DNA of 64,000 nt from a bacterium (GTDB taxonomy: Bacteria > UBA8248), in the NCBI GenBank assembly GCA_965207065.1, contig OZ242260.1, positions 1,856,001 to 1,920,000 on the forward strand. Direction: 5' to 3'. This document shows, piece after piece, positions 19,085-28,336 of this stretch (its first letter is position 1; every line of letters begins with the position of its first letter). The notes under the pieces were generated by a model. That model was given only the letters and a program-made list of their open reading frames with translations, ran no database searches and was not told the origin of the DNA. The translations under genes and the position numbers were made by a program.

Positions 19085-19636
19085 ATGAAAATTTGGAGCA
19101 TCTGCGCCGGCGCCGCGCTGACGTGCGTGCTGACGGCTGGCGTTTCCATGGCGGAGACATGGCGCGGCCTTGTGGTGACTCCTGAGTTTCGTTGTTCTCC
19201 ATACAACAGGAAGAAGGATTATCGTTATTCGCAGGCTCTGGAGCGGAAGATCGTGAGGCGTCTGGGAGCGGTGTACGGTCCGTACACGAAAAAGTGCTTT
19301 ACTTCCAGACGTGAAACGGACATCGAGCACATTGTTGCTACGAGCGAGGCGCACGACTCGGGTTTGTGCTCGCGCAGCCGGGCGGAGCGCCTCCGATTTG
19401 CTAGCGACCTGCGCAACTTGACGCTTGCCTCGCCGAGTATCAACCGATATCAAAAGAGCGGCAAGGACGCCGCCGAGTGGCTTCCTCCTCAAAACCAATG
19501 TTGGTTCGCGAACCGGGTGGTAGAGGTGCGGCGGTCTTACGGGTTGATGATCGACCGGCGCGAGAAGGAGGTTCCGGAGCGCGTGCTTTCCAGGTGTGAG
19601 AGCACGCGCATGGAACCTATCAAATGCAACCCCTGA
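19085..19636 (+). CDS. Secreted HNH-type nuclease (DUF1524-like)
   Basis: Signal peptide; DIEHIVATSEAHDSG, FASDLRNL, KSGKDAAEWLP. Confidence 0.8.
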   Translation: MKIWSICAGAALTCVLTAGVSMAETWRGLVVTPEFRCSPYNRKKDYRYSQALERKIVRRLGAVYGPYTKKCFTSRRETDIEHIVATSEAHDSGLCSRSRAERLRFASDLRNLTLASPSINRYQKSGKDAAEWLPPQNQCWFANRVVEVRRSYGLMIDRREKEVPERVLSRCESTRMEPIKCNP

Positions 19637-19696
19637 AGCCGCTCCGGGGCGTTGGGTCGGATTTAACCTGGAACAACTTTCAAGAATCTATTGTTT

Positions 19697-20015
19697 CACT
19701 CCCCCCTTGAGGGTCATTGGCAACTGATGAAAGAGGAAAAAACCACTCCCCCCTTGAGGGGGAGTCGAAGAGCTGAGGGTGCAAGCCCGAAAGCGATTCG
19801 GTGGGGGGTATGATTCGGAGTGGCGATAAAACGCAATTCACCCCCCACCGCATCAACCTTCGCAAAAACGCTCGGCTTCTGCGACTCCCCCTCAAGGGGG
19901 GAGTGATTGTTGAGTACTCTACATGGGGAAAGTGTTGTCTCCTTCCTCTCCGGTAAGTTGCATACGCGGAAACGCGAAATCAGGCTTTTTCAACAACCCC
20001 CTCAAGTGGGGAGTG
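19697..20015. repeat. Palindromic repeat element (ACTCCCCCCTTGAGGGGGAGT family)
   Basis: Copies at about 19698, 19745 (forward) and 19883, 19996 (inverted). Confidence 0.7.
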
Positions 20016-20091
20016 TACTTCAAAGGCGTTCGCGCAACCCAAATTTGCTTACCGAGATTTTTTCAACAGACCCTCCCCGGAAGGATTCGAT

Positions 20092-20433
20092 CTAGAACAA
20101 CCGCCCGCCTAGAACCGCACTCTTGTCATCCGGCGCGATGAGCACCACCTCGCCCTCTGCGTCCGGCACGCCGAGCGTGAGCACTTCCGACATGAAGGGG
20201 CCAATCTGCCTCGGCGGAAAATTCACCACGGCGAGCACGAGCTTTCCCTGGAGTTCTTCTTTCGTATAAAGCGCGACGAGCTGGGCGGATGATTTCTTGA
20301 TCCCCAGTTCGTCGCCGAAATCGATCCGGAGCCTGTAAGCCGGTTTTCTCGCCTCGGGAAAATCCGCCGCCTCGACCACGCGCCCCAGGCGGATGTCCAG
20401 CTTCTCGAATTCCTCCATCGTCGCCATTTTCAT
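20092..20433 (-). CDS. csaA: CsaA/Trbp111-like tRNA-binding/export chaperone
   Basis: FEKLDIRLG, FPEARKPAY, SSAQL, VVNFPPRQIGPFMSEVLTLG. Confidence 0.9.
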   Translation of the reverse strand: MKMATMEEFEKLDIRLGRVVEAADFPEARKPAYRLRIDFGDELGIKKSSAQLVALYTKEELQGKLVLAVVNFPPRQIGPFMSEVLTLGVPDAEGEVVLIAPDDKSAVLGGRLF

Positions 20434-20506
20434 GCTTCTCCTGTTTCATGGGTCATGCGCGTTCAGCGCGCCGGGGTTTCCCGCCTGGGCGGAATGGGCG
20501 CGCGCT

Positions 20507-21388
20507 TCAGTCTATCGGCTCGCCTTCCGTCTTTTCCATCTCCAGCACCTCGGCGCGCAGCCTGTTCGTGATCGGGCCGGGTGCCGGGATGGGCCGCCCG
20601 TCCACCTCGGCCACCGCGTGCACCCGGCTGAAGGATGAGGTGAGAAAACACTCATCCGCCGTGTAGAGGTCATAGAGCGTGAGGTCGGCCTCTTCCGCCG
20701 GAATCCCCGACTCGGCGGCGATTTCGAACACCACCTTCCGGGTGATGCCGTCGAGCACGTTATGAGCCCTGGGCGTCTTGAGCGCGCCGTCCTTCACGAC
20801 GAAGACGTTTTCGCCCGGCGCCTCCGCCACGAAGCCGCGGGTGTCCAGCAGGATCGCCTCATCGAACCCCGCTTCCACGGCCTCGATTCTCGCCATCACG
20901 TTGTTGAGATAGTTGAGCGATTTCACGCGCGCCTCGAAGGACTCGGAAGGAACCTTGCGTACGCCCGCCGTCTTGAGTCTCAAGCCGGCGCCCTTCGCCT
21001 TGTAGCTCGAACCCGTCTCGGGCGGAGGCGCGGGGTCGTGCAGGAGCACGGCGAGCGTCGCTTTTTCCACTACCCTGGGGTCCAGCAGGGGATAGCCCGC
21101 TCCTCGCGAGATGACGACGCGCAGGTACACGTCGTCCACCTGGGAGCGTCGGACGCATTCCTTGACGATCTCGGCGATCCGCTCGCGCGTCTCGGGGAGT
21201 TCGAGCTTTAAGGCGCGCGCCGAGCGCTCCATGCGGTCGAGATGGTCCTCAAACCGGAATATGCGCCGGCTCACTACCGTCATCGACTCGAAAAGACCGT
21301 CCCCGTAGAGGAACCCGTGGTCGAAGGCGGAGACCCTGGCCTCTTCCGCCGGCGTGTATTCGCCGTTCACATAGCAGATATAGGACAC
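20507..21388 (-). CDS. Class IV aminotransferase (branched-chain/D-amino acid)
   Basis: DHGFLYGDGLFE, VKSLNYLNNV, EAPGENVF, LDGITR. Confidence 0.9.
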   Translation of the reverse strand: MSYICYVNGEYTPAEEARVSAFDHGFLYGDGLFESMTVVSRRIFRFEDHLDRMERSARALKLELPETRERIAEIVKECVRRSQVDDVYLRVVISRGAGYPLLDPRVVEKATLAVLLHDPAPPPETGSSYKAKGAGLRLKTAGVRKVPSESFEARVKSLNYLNNVMARIEAVEAGFDEAILLDTRGFVAEAPGENVFVVKDGALKTPRAHNVLDGITRKVVFEIAAESGIPAEEADLTLYDLYTADECFLTSSFSRVHAVAEVDGRPIPAPGPITNRLRAEVLEMEKTEGEPID

Positions 21389-21391
21389 GAG

Positions 21392-22285
21392 CTACCCATC
21401 CCTCAAAATTTCCAGAATCGCGCCGGCGAAGGTTTCCGGTTTCTCGCGCTGTGCGAAGTGTCCCGCGCCTTCCACGAGAATCCGCCGGTAGCCGGCCGTG
21501 AAATGCCCCTCCTTGCCCTCCGAACTCTCGGGCCGCGACGCCCCGTCTTCCGCGCCTTGCACCAGAACCGTCGGCACGGATATGTCCGGCAGGCCCGCCA
21601 TGAAGCTCTCCGCATCCTCAAACCTGGGGTCAGGCGTTTCATACCCCCAACGGTAGCGGTAGGAGTGCATGACGATATCCACGAAGTCGGGGTTCCCGAA
21701 AGAACGCGCAGTGGCCTCGAATTCCTCGTCGGAGATATCCCACCCCGGCGACCACGTCCGCCAGAGTTCACGGCAGAAACCGGCGGCGTCTTCCCCCAGC
21801 GCATCGCGGCCGCGGCTGGTGCAGAAGAACCACTGGTACCAGTACGCGCGCACCTGATCGACCGACATCCGCTGGGCGGGGCGGCCCGTGCCGTAGCCCG
21901 CGGGGCTGACGATGAGCGCGCGCAAACGCCTGGGCCGCATGGCCGCTACGCAATAAGATGCGCGCGCGCCCCAGTCGTGCCCCACCAGTGCGAAGCGCTC
22001 CAGTTCCAGCGCATCGGCGAAAGCCGTGATGTCGGAAGCCAGCGCGGTGTACTGCGCGCTTCTGGGGGTCTCGGGATTCAGAAAGCGTGTCGGGCCGTAG
22101 CCACGCACGTAGGGGCAGAGCGTCCGGAAGCCCGCGTCGTTCAGGATGGGAGTGACGCGGTCCCAGGTTCTCGCGTCGTCCGGGAAGCCGTGCACGAGGA
22201 TGACGGGCGGGGCCGTCTCGTCGCCCGCCTCCAGATAGCCGATTTCGAGCGCGGGCGTCGTGACGGGTTTGGGCGCGCCTGTCAT
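21392..22285 (-). CDS. Alpha/beta hydrolase (epoxide hydrolase-like)
   Basis: HGFPD, GHDWGA, YWYQWFF, GAGHF. Confidence 0.88.
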   Translation of the reverse strand: MTGAPKPVTTPALEIGYLEAGDETAPPVILVHGFPDDARTWDRVTPILNDAGFRTLCPYVRGYGPTRFLNPETPRSAQYTALASDITAFADALELERFALVGHDWGARASYCVAAMRPRRLRALIVSPAGYGTGRPAQRMSVDQVRAYWYQWFFCTSRGRDALGEDAAGFCRELWRTWSPGWDISDEEFEATARSFGNPDFVDIVMHSYRYRWGYETPDPRFEDAESFMAGLPDISVPTVLVQGAEDGASRPESSEGKEGHFTAGYRRILVEGAGHFAQREKPETFAGAILEILRDG

Positions 22286-22305
22286 ATCGGGTTGTCAGTC
22301 CCGCT

Positions 22306-23049
22306 CTAAATCGCGCACCAGCCGTCGTCCACGATGAGGTCCAGGCCGTGCACCGCGCTCGCGTCGTCCGAGGCCAGGAACACCGCCGCGCCCGCCATCT
22401 CCGCCGTGGTGATGTAGGCCCGGCCCGTGGGGGTGTAGCTCGCCATGAGCTTCACGAACTCGGGGTCGTCCTGTAAGTGCTGGTTCAGCGGCGTGGCCGT
22501 GTTGCCCGGCGAGATGCAGTTCACGTTGATGCCGCACTTCGATATCTCCGCGGCCAGCGCGCGCGTGATCATGTAGACCCCGCCCTTGCTCGCGCAGTAG
22601 GGCACCGCGTTGGGAAAGGCGTGCGTGGCGGCGATGGAGGCCATGAAGACGATCTTCCCGTACTTCTTCTCCTTCATGATGGGCACGACGGCCTGGGAGA
22701 GCAGGAAGTTGCCCTTCAGGTTGATGTCGATGGTGTCGTCCCACTCCTGTTCGCTGTAGGCTTCGAGTTCCTTGTTGATCATGATGCCGTGATTGCCGAC
22801 GAGAATGTCCACCGTGCCGAACGCCTCCACTACGTCGGCCACCATGGCGTCCACCGCCGATTTTATCGACACGTCGCACGGAAACGCCTTTGCCGCGTCG
22901 CCTATCTCCGCCGCCAAAGCCTCTCCTTTTTCCGCTGTGCGGTTCACGACCGCGACCTTCGCGCCCTCTTCCGCGAAGCGGCGGCAGATGGCCTCGCCGA
23001 TCCCCTGCGAGCCACCCGTGACGATGGCGACCTTGTCCTTGAGCTTCAT
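22306..23049 (-). CDS. SDR family oxidoreductase
   Basis: TGGSQGIG, YCASKGG, VNCISPG; start at MKLKDK. Confidence 0.92.
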   Translation of the reverse strand: MKLKDKVAIVTGGSQGIGEAICRRFAEEGAKVAVVNRTAEKGEALAAEIGDAAKAFPCDVSIKSAVDAMVADVVEAFGTVDILVGNHGIMINKELEAYSEQEWDDTIDINLKGNFLLSQAVVPIMKEKKYGKIVFMASIAATHAFPNAVPYCASKGGVYMITRALAAEISKCGINVNCISPGNTATPLNQHLQDDPEFVKLMASYTPTGRAYITTAEMAGAAVFLASDDASAVHGLDLIVDDGWCAI

Positions 23050-23178
23050 GGGTATTTCCTCCCTGCGGCGCTTCCGGGCCGCCCCGAAAGCGAAAAGTCC
23101 CTGATAAAGATTGCGTCTCGATTTTTGCGGGCATGATACCGCCCTTTGGTGTGATGGGGAAGTGTGGGAAGGGTTGCC

Positions 23179-23505
23179 TGTAGGGGTCGCATACATGCGA
23201 CCCATGGTTTGGGTGGCCAAAGACGGAGGGACGCATGTATGCGTCCCCTACATCTTTGGTCGTGAACGACCTACGGCTGCATTGCAGGATTTCGTAGCCG
23301 GACAGGCGCAGGAGCCTGTCCGGGGACCCGTGTGTCCGCCCGAATTATGCGAGAATTCCTTATAGAGTGGCTGTAGCGGACAGGTCTCTAAACCTGTCCG
23401 AGGTCGAGACCTGTCCCAAAGAGGTGGAACGGTATTGTTCGTCTATCCGGTGAAAGAGAGTGGATACAAATAAAGTAGGGGTGGTTCGCGAATCGTCCTT
23501 ACCCC
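23179..23505. repeat. GTAG-type REP cluster
   Basis: GTAGGGGTCGCATACATGCGACCC, GGGACGCATGTATGCGTCCCTAC, GGACAGG..CCTGTCC twice, GTAGGGGTGGTTCGCGAATCG. Confidence 0.7.
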
Positions 23506-23520
23506 GTCAATCGAAATTCC

Positions 23521-25323
23521 CTATTTCTTACTCAACCGCTTCCTTCTCCGCCTGGTCCGGGCCATATCCACTTCGCCCGTCTCGTCGATAGCGACGCCGT
23601 AGACCTTCCAGGCGCGCTCTTTGGTGATCCACTTCTCCTCCACGTCCTCGCGCACCTTCTCGACGGGCCGCTCGTGCGGCGGGCCGTAGCCGCCCCCGCC
23701 CGTGCAGTAGGACGCCACGTTCTCGCCGGGTTTGAGAATAATGTCCGCACAGCCGGGCAGGTCTTCCAGAGAGCCGTCTTCGCGCATGAGGAAGTTCCGG
23801 CAGACCGCACCGTTCAGCCCGCCGAGCGTTCCCTTCGAAGCGTTTACCGCGCCGTCGGACACATAGACGACTTCCAGGTCCCCCCCGCCCACCGGGCCGT
23901 ATTCGCAATAGCCCGAAGGCGCGCCTATCGTCCGGCCCGCGCCCTCGGTGTCGGGCATGAGCCTGCGCGTCTTGATGTAGATGGGGAAATGAAGCTCGTC
24001 CAGCTCGATGCTGTCCACGAAGCACATGCCCGCGTTGCCCGCGTGTAAGATGGTGAGCCAGGCGTCGGTTTTCCCTGCGCCCGCTCCGCCCGTGACCATC
24101 AGGAAGAGGTGGTTCACGAAAGGTTCGTTGTCGTTTCTGGGGTCGAAGCCCGAGATGACGCCCATCGACGCCGGGAAAATCGGCCCGCACTCGGCCAGCC
24201 CGATGCCGTCCTGAATCTTCGAGAACGCGCGCTGCACCGGGTTCGTCACCCGGTCGGCGAGGTTGGTGGTGGCGACGGACATCGAAGTGGGGTGCTTGCC
24301 CCCGCCCGCGACGGAGCCGTCTCGAATCAGCACGTTCACGCGGCGGAAGCTGCCCGCGTTCGTGGGCACGATGTCGTCGATGCTGTTGAACACGCCTATC
24401 ATCGCGCCCGTGCGCGCGCAGGCCTCGCTCAGGTTCAGGCCGCACGGCATGGCGTCGGGGTTGTCCGTTAAATCCACCTCGATGGTGGCCTTCTTGTTGT
24501 CGATCCGCACGTGCGCGGTGATGGGGATGCCCTCATCCGGCGTGCCGGGCACGGGGTCGTGCGTGCTGTGGGTCGTGGCCTCGCCCGTGGGGAGTTTCCT
24601 GATGGCGGATACCATGAGCTTCTCGCTGTAGTCGAACCACTCTTTCGAGAAGTCGTGCAGCGTCTCCCAGCCGTATTCATCGCCCATGGCGAGCACCTCG
24701 CGCTCGCCGATACGCGCCGCGCCTATCATGGCGAGGTAATCGCCGTACCACTGCTCGGGCACGCGGATGCGCATCCGGCAGAAGTTGATGAAGTCCTCGT
24801 TGTCCTCGTAGTTCGTCTGCACCTTGGTGGGCGGGAAGATGAGCGCGCCCTCCTCATACACGTCGCGCGCGTGGCCCATGTAGGTGGTGGGCTGGCTGCA
24901 TCCGCAATCCGCCTGGTGGGCCTTCACCCACACGGTGAACTGGTGCTCGCCCCGCTTGTCGATGACGGGCACCAGGATGGTGTGGTCCGCCGGGTGCGAG
25001 CAGCCGTGGTAGGGCGAGTTGTGGAGATAGGCGTCACCGCGCTTCAAGTTCGGGTGTAGGTCCATCATCGAGCGGGCCATCAGGTCCGCCCCGCTCAGGT
25101 GGTGGATGGGGAGCGATTCCGCGCCCGTCAGCAGTTCGCACTCGCGCGTCACCACGGAGGTCGAGAAATCGCGCGCGAGGTTCAGCACGCCCGAGCGGCC
25201 CGTGCGCAGGAGCGTGTTCGCCATCTTGGTGGTCACGGCGTCGAAGCGCTTGTGCAGCACCGCCAGGGTGATGGGGTCCAGTTTCGTTTTTTGCTTCGCG
25301 CGTCTCGTTGTTGCTCTCGCCAT
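23521..25323 (-). CDS. Hydantoinase B/oxoprolinase family protein
   Basis: DPITLAV, RDFS, NSPYHGCSHPAD, HQADCG, GGGGYGPP. Confidence 0.92.
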   Translation of the reverse strand: MARATTRRAKQKTKLDPITLAVLHKRFDAVTTKMANTLLRTGRSGVLNLARDFSTSVVTRECELLTGAESLPIHHLSGADLMARSMMDLHPNLKRGDAYLHNSPYHGCSHPADHTILVPVIDKRGEHQFTVWVKAHQADCGCSQPTTYMGHARDVYEEGALIFPPTKVQTNYEDNEDFINFCRMRIRVPEQWYGDYLAMIGAARIGEREVLAMGDEYGWETLHDFSKEWFDYSEKLMVSAIRKLPTGEATTHSTHDPVPGTPDEGIPITAHVRIDNKKATIEVDLTDNPDAMPCGLNLSEACARTGAMIGVFNSIDDIVPTNAGSFRRVNVLIRDGSVAGGGKHPTSMSVATTNLADRVTNPVQRAFSKIQDGIGLAECGPIFPASMGVISGFDPRNDNEPFVNHLFLMVTGGAGAGKTDAWLTILHAGNAGMCFVDSIELDELHFPIYIKTRRLMPDTEGAGRTIGAPSGYCEYGPVGGGDLEVVYVSDGAVNASKGTLGGLNGAVCRNFLMREDGSLEDLPGCADIILKPGENVASYCTGGGGYGPPHERPVEKVREDVEEKWITKERAWKVYGVAIDETGEVDMARTRRRRKRLSKK

Positions 25324-25332
25324 ATCCTGCTC

Positions 25333-27399
25333 CTAGAGCGTGATGAACAGACTGCCGCTTCTCGTGCGCTCGGCCTTGGCGCCGGGGTCGATGACCACCG
25401 TCGTGAACGGTGATTCGATGATGGCCGGCCCGCGCATCGCCGCACCCGCCTTCATGGCATCGAACGCCGCCACGCGCGCGTTCACGAGTCCCTTGCCCGC
25501 GAAGTAGGCCTCCCGCCTTTTGGGCAGCGTCGTCTCGTGGATCGCCTCGCGCACGAGCCTGCCGAGGCGGCCCTTTCTCAGTTTACACCGCGCCACGGCG
25601 CGCCAGCCGACGAACTCCACTTCCGAAGACGGATCGCGGAAGGCGAACACCTCCTCGTGTACTTCGTCGAAAGCGGCGCGCGCTCTCTCCACGTCTTTTT
25701 TCGAGCGGAAGCGGTTGATGGGCAGCCCCAGATCGATCTCCCATATCTGGTGCTTGTAGCGCGCCTCGACGTAGAACTCCGTCGCGCTCTCCACAGCCCC
25801 CTTGCCGGGGCCTTTGATGAACGCGCGGCACCTGTCGCCGAGCGTTCTCAATACCGCGTTGGCGCCCTTGAAGTCGAACCTGTCCGTGATGGTGAAGAAC
25901 ATTGAACGGTAATCGGCGTGTAAATCGCTCATCATCGCGCCCGCGGCGGAGAGCGCGGCGCCCACCTCGGGGATGACGAGTCCTTGACAGCCCAGCCGCT
26001 TGGCGATGGCGACCGAGTTCAGGCCCGCCGCCCCGCCGCCGCCGATAAGAACCGCGCCCCTCGGGTCGATGCCCTGGTGGATGGTGATCTCTTCGATCGC
26101 GCCCACCATGTTTTCTGTCGCCAGCCGCAGGATGGCCGAGGCCGCCTCCTGGAGGGATAGCCCCAGCGGTTCGGCCACGTCTCTCGATATGGCTTTTTCG
26201 GCTTCTGCAGGATTGAGCGTCATTGCGCCGCCCAGGAAATAATCCGGGTCGATGTGGCCGAGCACCAAAGATGCGTCCGTGAGCGTGGGCCGCGTGCCGC
26301 CCCGGCCGTAGCAGGCGGGTCCCGGTTCCGCGCCCGCGCTCTGCGGTCCCACGTGTAAGAGTCCGCCCTCATCCACCCATGCGATGCTCCCGCCCCCTGC
26401 GCCGATGCTCTTCACGTCCACCGAGGGGAATCCCAGAATGTGGCCCCGGTAGCGCTGGCCGAGCCAGGTTTCGGGCGACATGGGTATTTCGCCCCGTCGC
26501 ACCAGGCTCACGTCGTAGGTGGTGCCGCCGGTGTCGGCCACAATCGCCGTCGCGGCCTTGGCGTCTGCGCGGGAGAAGTGCCTGCCCGCGATGGGCGCCA
26601 TCGAGGGTCCCGAACCCACCGAGTGGATGGGCGCATCTGCCAGTTCGTCCGCGTCCATCACGCCGCCCTTCGACGTCAGCATCAGGAGCCGCCCGCCGAA
26701 GCCCGCCGCCTTGAGTCTTTCCTGCAGACCGCCGATGTAGCGCGACATCAGGGGCTTCAAGGATGCGTCGATGCAGGTGGAAGACGCCCGGCGGTATTCG
26801 CGCAGAATCGGGTTGAGAACATGCGATAGAGTAAAAGGAACCCCCTTCAAGTGTTTTTTCAGCAGCTTGCCCACGCCGATTTCGTGCGCGGGATTCACGG
26901 TGGACCACAAGAGAGAAACGGCCACCGCCTCCACCTCTTTTTCTTTCAACTCCTCGATGATCGCGATGACGCCCGCCTCATCGAGCGGCTCGTATACGCC
27001 CCCGTCGGCGCCCATGCGCTCGGGTACCTCGAAGGTGAGCGCGCGCGGGACGTATGGCTTCGGGAACGGCACTAAGAAGTTGAACGGCTCCATGCGCCCG
27101 CCCTCGCGCAGCACGAGAATGTCGGGGTGTCCCTTCGTGGTGAGGAAGGCGGTCCTGGCGGTATTTCCCGTCACGATGGCGTTGGTGGCGTGGGTGGTGC
27201 CGTGGATGAAAAGCTCGCCCTGGGCGAGGAGTTCGCCGATGCTCGTTGAGAGCGCTTCGGCCGCCGCCTCAATGGCCGCGAGAATGCCCTCCACCGGGTC
27301 CTGGGGCGTCGTGGGGGCCTTGAACATGTGGAGCCGGCCCCGGTTGTCCTCGAGCACCAAATCGGTGAAGGTCCCGCCCGTATCGACCGCGAATCGCAT
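25333..27399 (-). CDS. Hydantoinase A/oxoprolinase family protein
   Basis: DTGGTFTD, HGTTHATNA, SGP, DTGGTTYDV, IGAGGGSIA, GPQSAGAEPGPACY. Confidence 0.93.
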   Translation of the reverse strand: MRFAVDTGGTFTDLVLEDNRGRLHMFKAPTTPQDPVEGILAAIEAAAEALSTSIGELLAQGELFIHGTTHATNAIVTGNTARTAFLTTKGHPDILVLREGGRMEPFNFLVPFPKPYVPRALTFEVPERMGADGGVYEPLDEAGVIAIIEELKEKEVEAVAVSLLWSTVNPAHEIGVGKLLKKHLKGVPFTLSHVLNPILREYRRASSTCIDASLKPLMSRYIGGLQERLKAAGFGGRLLMLTSKGGVMDADELADAPIHSVGSGPSMAPIAGRHFSRADAKAATAIVADTGGTTYDVSLVRRGEIPMSPETWLGQRYRGHILGFPSVDVKSIGAGGGSIAWVDEGGLLHVGPQSAGAEPGPACYGRGGTRPTLTDASLVLGHIDPDYFLGGAMTLNPAEAEKAISRDVAEPLGLSLQEAASAILRLATENMVGAIEEITIHQGIDPRGAVLIGGGGAAGLNSVAIAKRLGCQGLVIPEVGAALSAAGAMMSDLHADYRSMFFTITDRFDFKGANAVLRTLGDRCRAFIKGPGKGAVESATEFYVEARYKHQIWEIDLGLPINRFRSKKDVERARAAFDEVHEEVFAFRDPSSEVEFVGWRAVARCKLRKGRLGRLVREAIHETTLPKRREAYFAGKGLVNARVAAFDAMKAGAAMRGPAIIESPFTTVVIDPGAKAERTRSGSLFITL

Positions 27400-27546
27400 T
27401 CCTCGCCTCCCGCCGTCACCCGCGCTGGATCCATGACCCGCGCGAATGAGGTTTTGAATCGTTATCTGCGAATAGGTGATGAATTCAGGCGCAATATATC
27501 ATCCCATGGGCAGTGGGATGCAAGGTTATCAGTGAAAACGCGCGCA

Positions 27547-28227
27547 TCACGCGTCGCGCACGTGCGCGTAGTAGCGGGCGAGGCGCTCGGCGGAGACGCC
27601 CAGCGCGAAGAGGATGCTCAAGCCCCACCAGATGACGAGGCACTTGGGCTTACCCCATACGTCGATGCGCCGCCCGCTGGTGACGACGGGCGTCTCGATG
27701 ACGGCCACCCGCCCGAATGCGCGCATCCGCCGGCTCAGGTCCCAGTCCTCGAACAGGGGCATGTCGGCGTAGCCGCCCATGCGCTCGAAGGCCTCGCGAC
27801 GGATGAAGATGCACTGATCACCGAAGAAGAGTTTCGCCATCTTCGCGCGCGTGTTCGCGCTGAAGCTGATGAAGCGGCTGAAGCTGTCGTCTCTGTCGAA
27901 GCTGTGGAGAAAGCCCCCGCCCGCCGCGTCGCCCGCGCGCATGACGTCCTCGATATCCCGTAACGCCCCCGGCGGAAGCTTGGTGTCGCAGTGAAGAAAG
28001 AGGATCGTCTCGCTTGTCGCATGGGCTGCGCCCGCGTTCATCTGGCGCGCGCGACCAGGTTCTGACTCGACGATCAGGGCGCGCCCCTCCGCCACGCCGT
28101 GGGTGTCGTCCGTGCTTCCCCCGTCGGCGAGGATGATCTGCTTCTCTCCCGGCTGGGCGTCGAGCATCTCGAACATGGCGGGCAGCCTGGGCGCTTCGTT
28201 CAACACGGGCACGACGATGGAGATCAT
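27547..28227 (-). CDS. Family 2 glycosyltransferase, TIGR04283-like
   Basis: SIVVPVLNE, DGGSTD, GRARQMNAGA, LFLHCDT, FGDQCIF, PLFED, TSGRR. Confidence 0.82.
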   Translation of the reverse strand: MISIVVPVLNEAPRLPAMFEMLDAQPGEKQIILADGGSTDDTHGVAEGRALIVESEPGRARQMNAGAAHATSETILFLHCDTKLPPGALRDIEDVMRAGDAAGGGFLHSFDRDDSFSRFISFSANTRAKMAKLFFGDQCIFIRREAFERMGGYADMPLFEDWDLSRRMRAFGRVAVIETPVVTSGRRIDVWGKPKCLVIWWGLSILFALGVSAERLARYYAHVRDA

Positions 28228-28336
28228 CGCTCGATCCTTCTTCGGAACCGGTTTTTCTCTAAAAAGCGCCGGGGCGATTCATTCCCCGGGCTGTGGTATG
28301 ATGCCCGATGCGAAGCCATCCGGTGAACCCTAACCA

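Noticed and set aside
19085-19636. HNH gene as a restriction or defence system
   Set aside because: It has a signal peptide and no GmrS or methylase partner, so a secreted nuclease is more likely.
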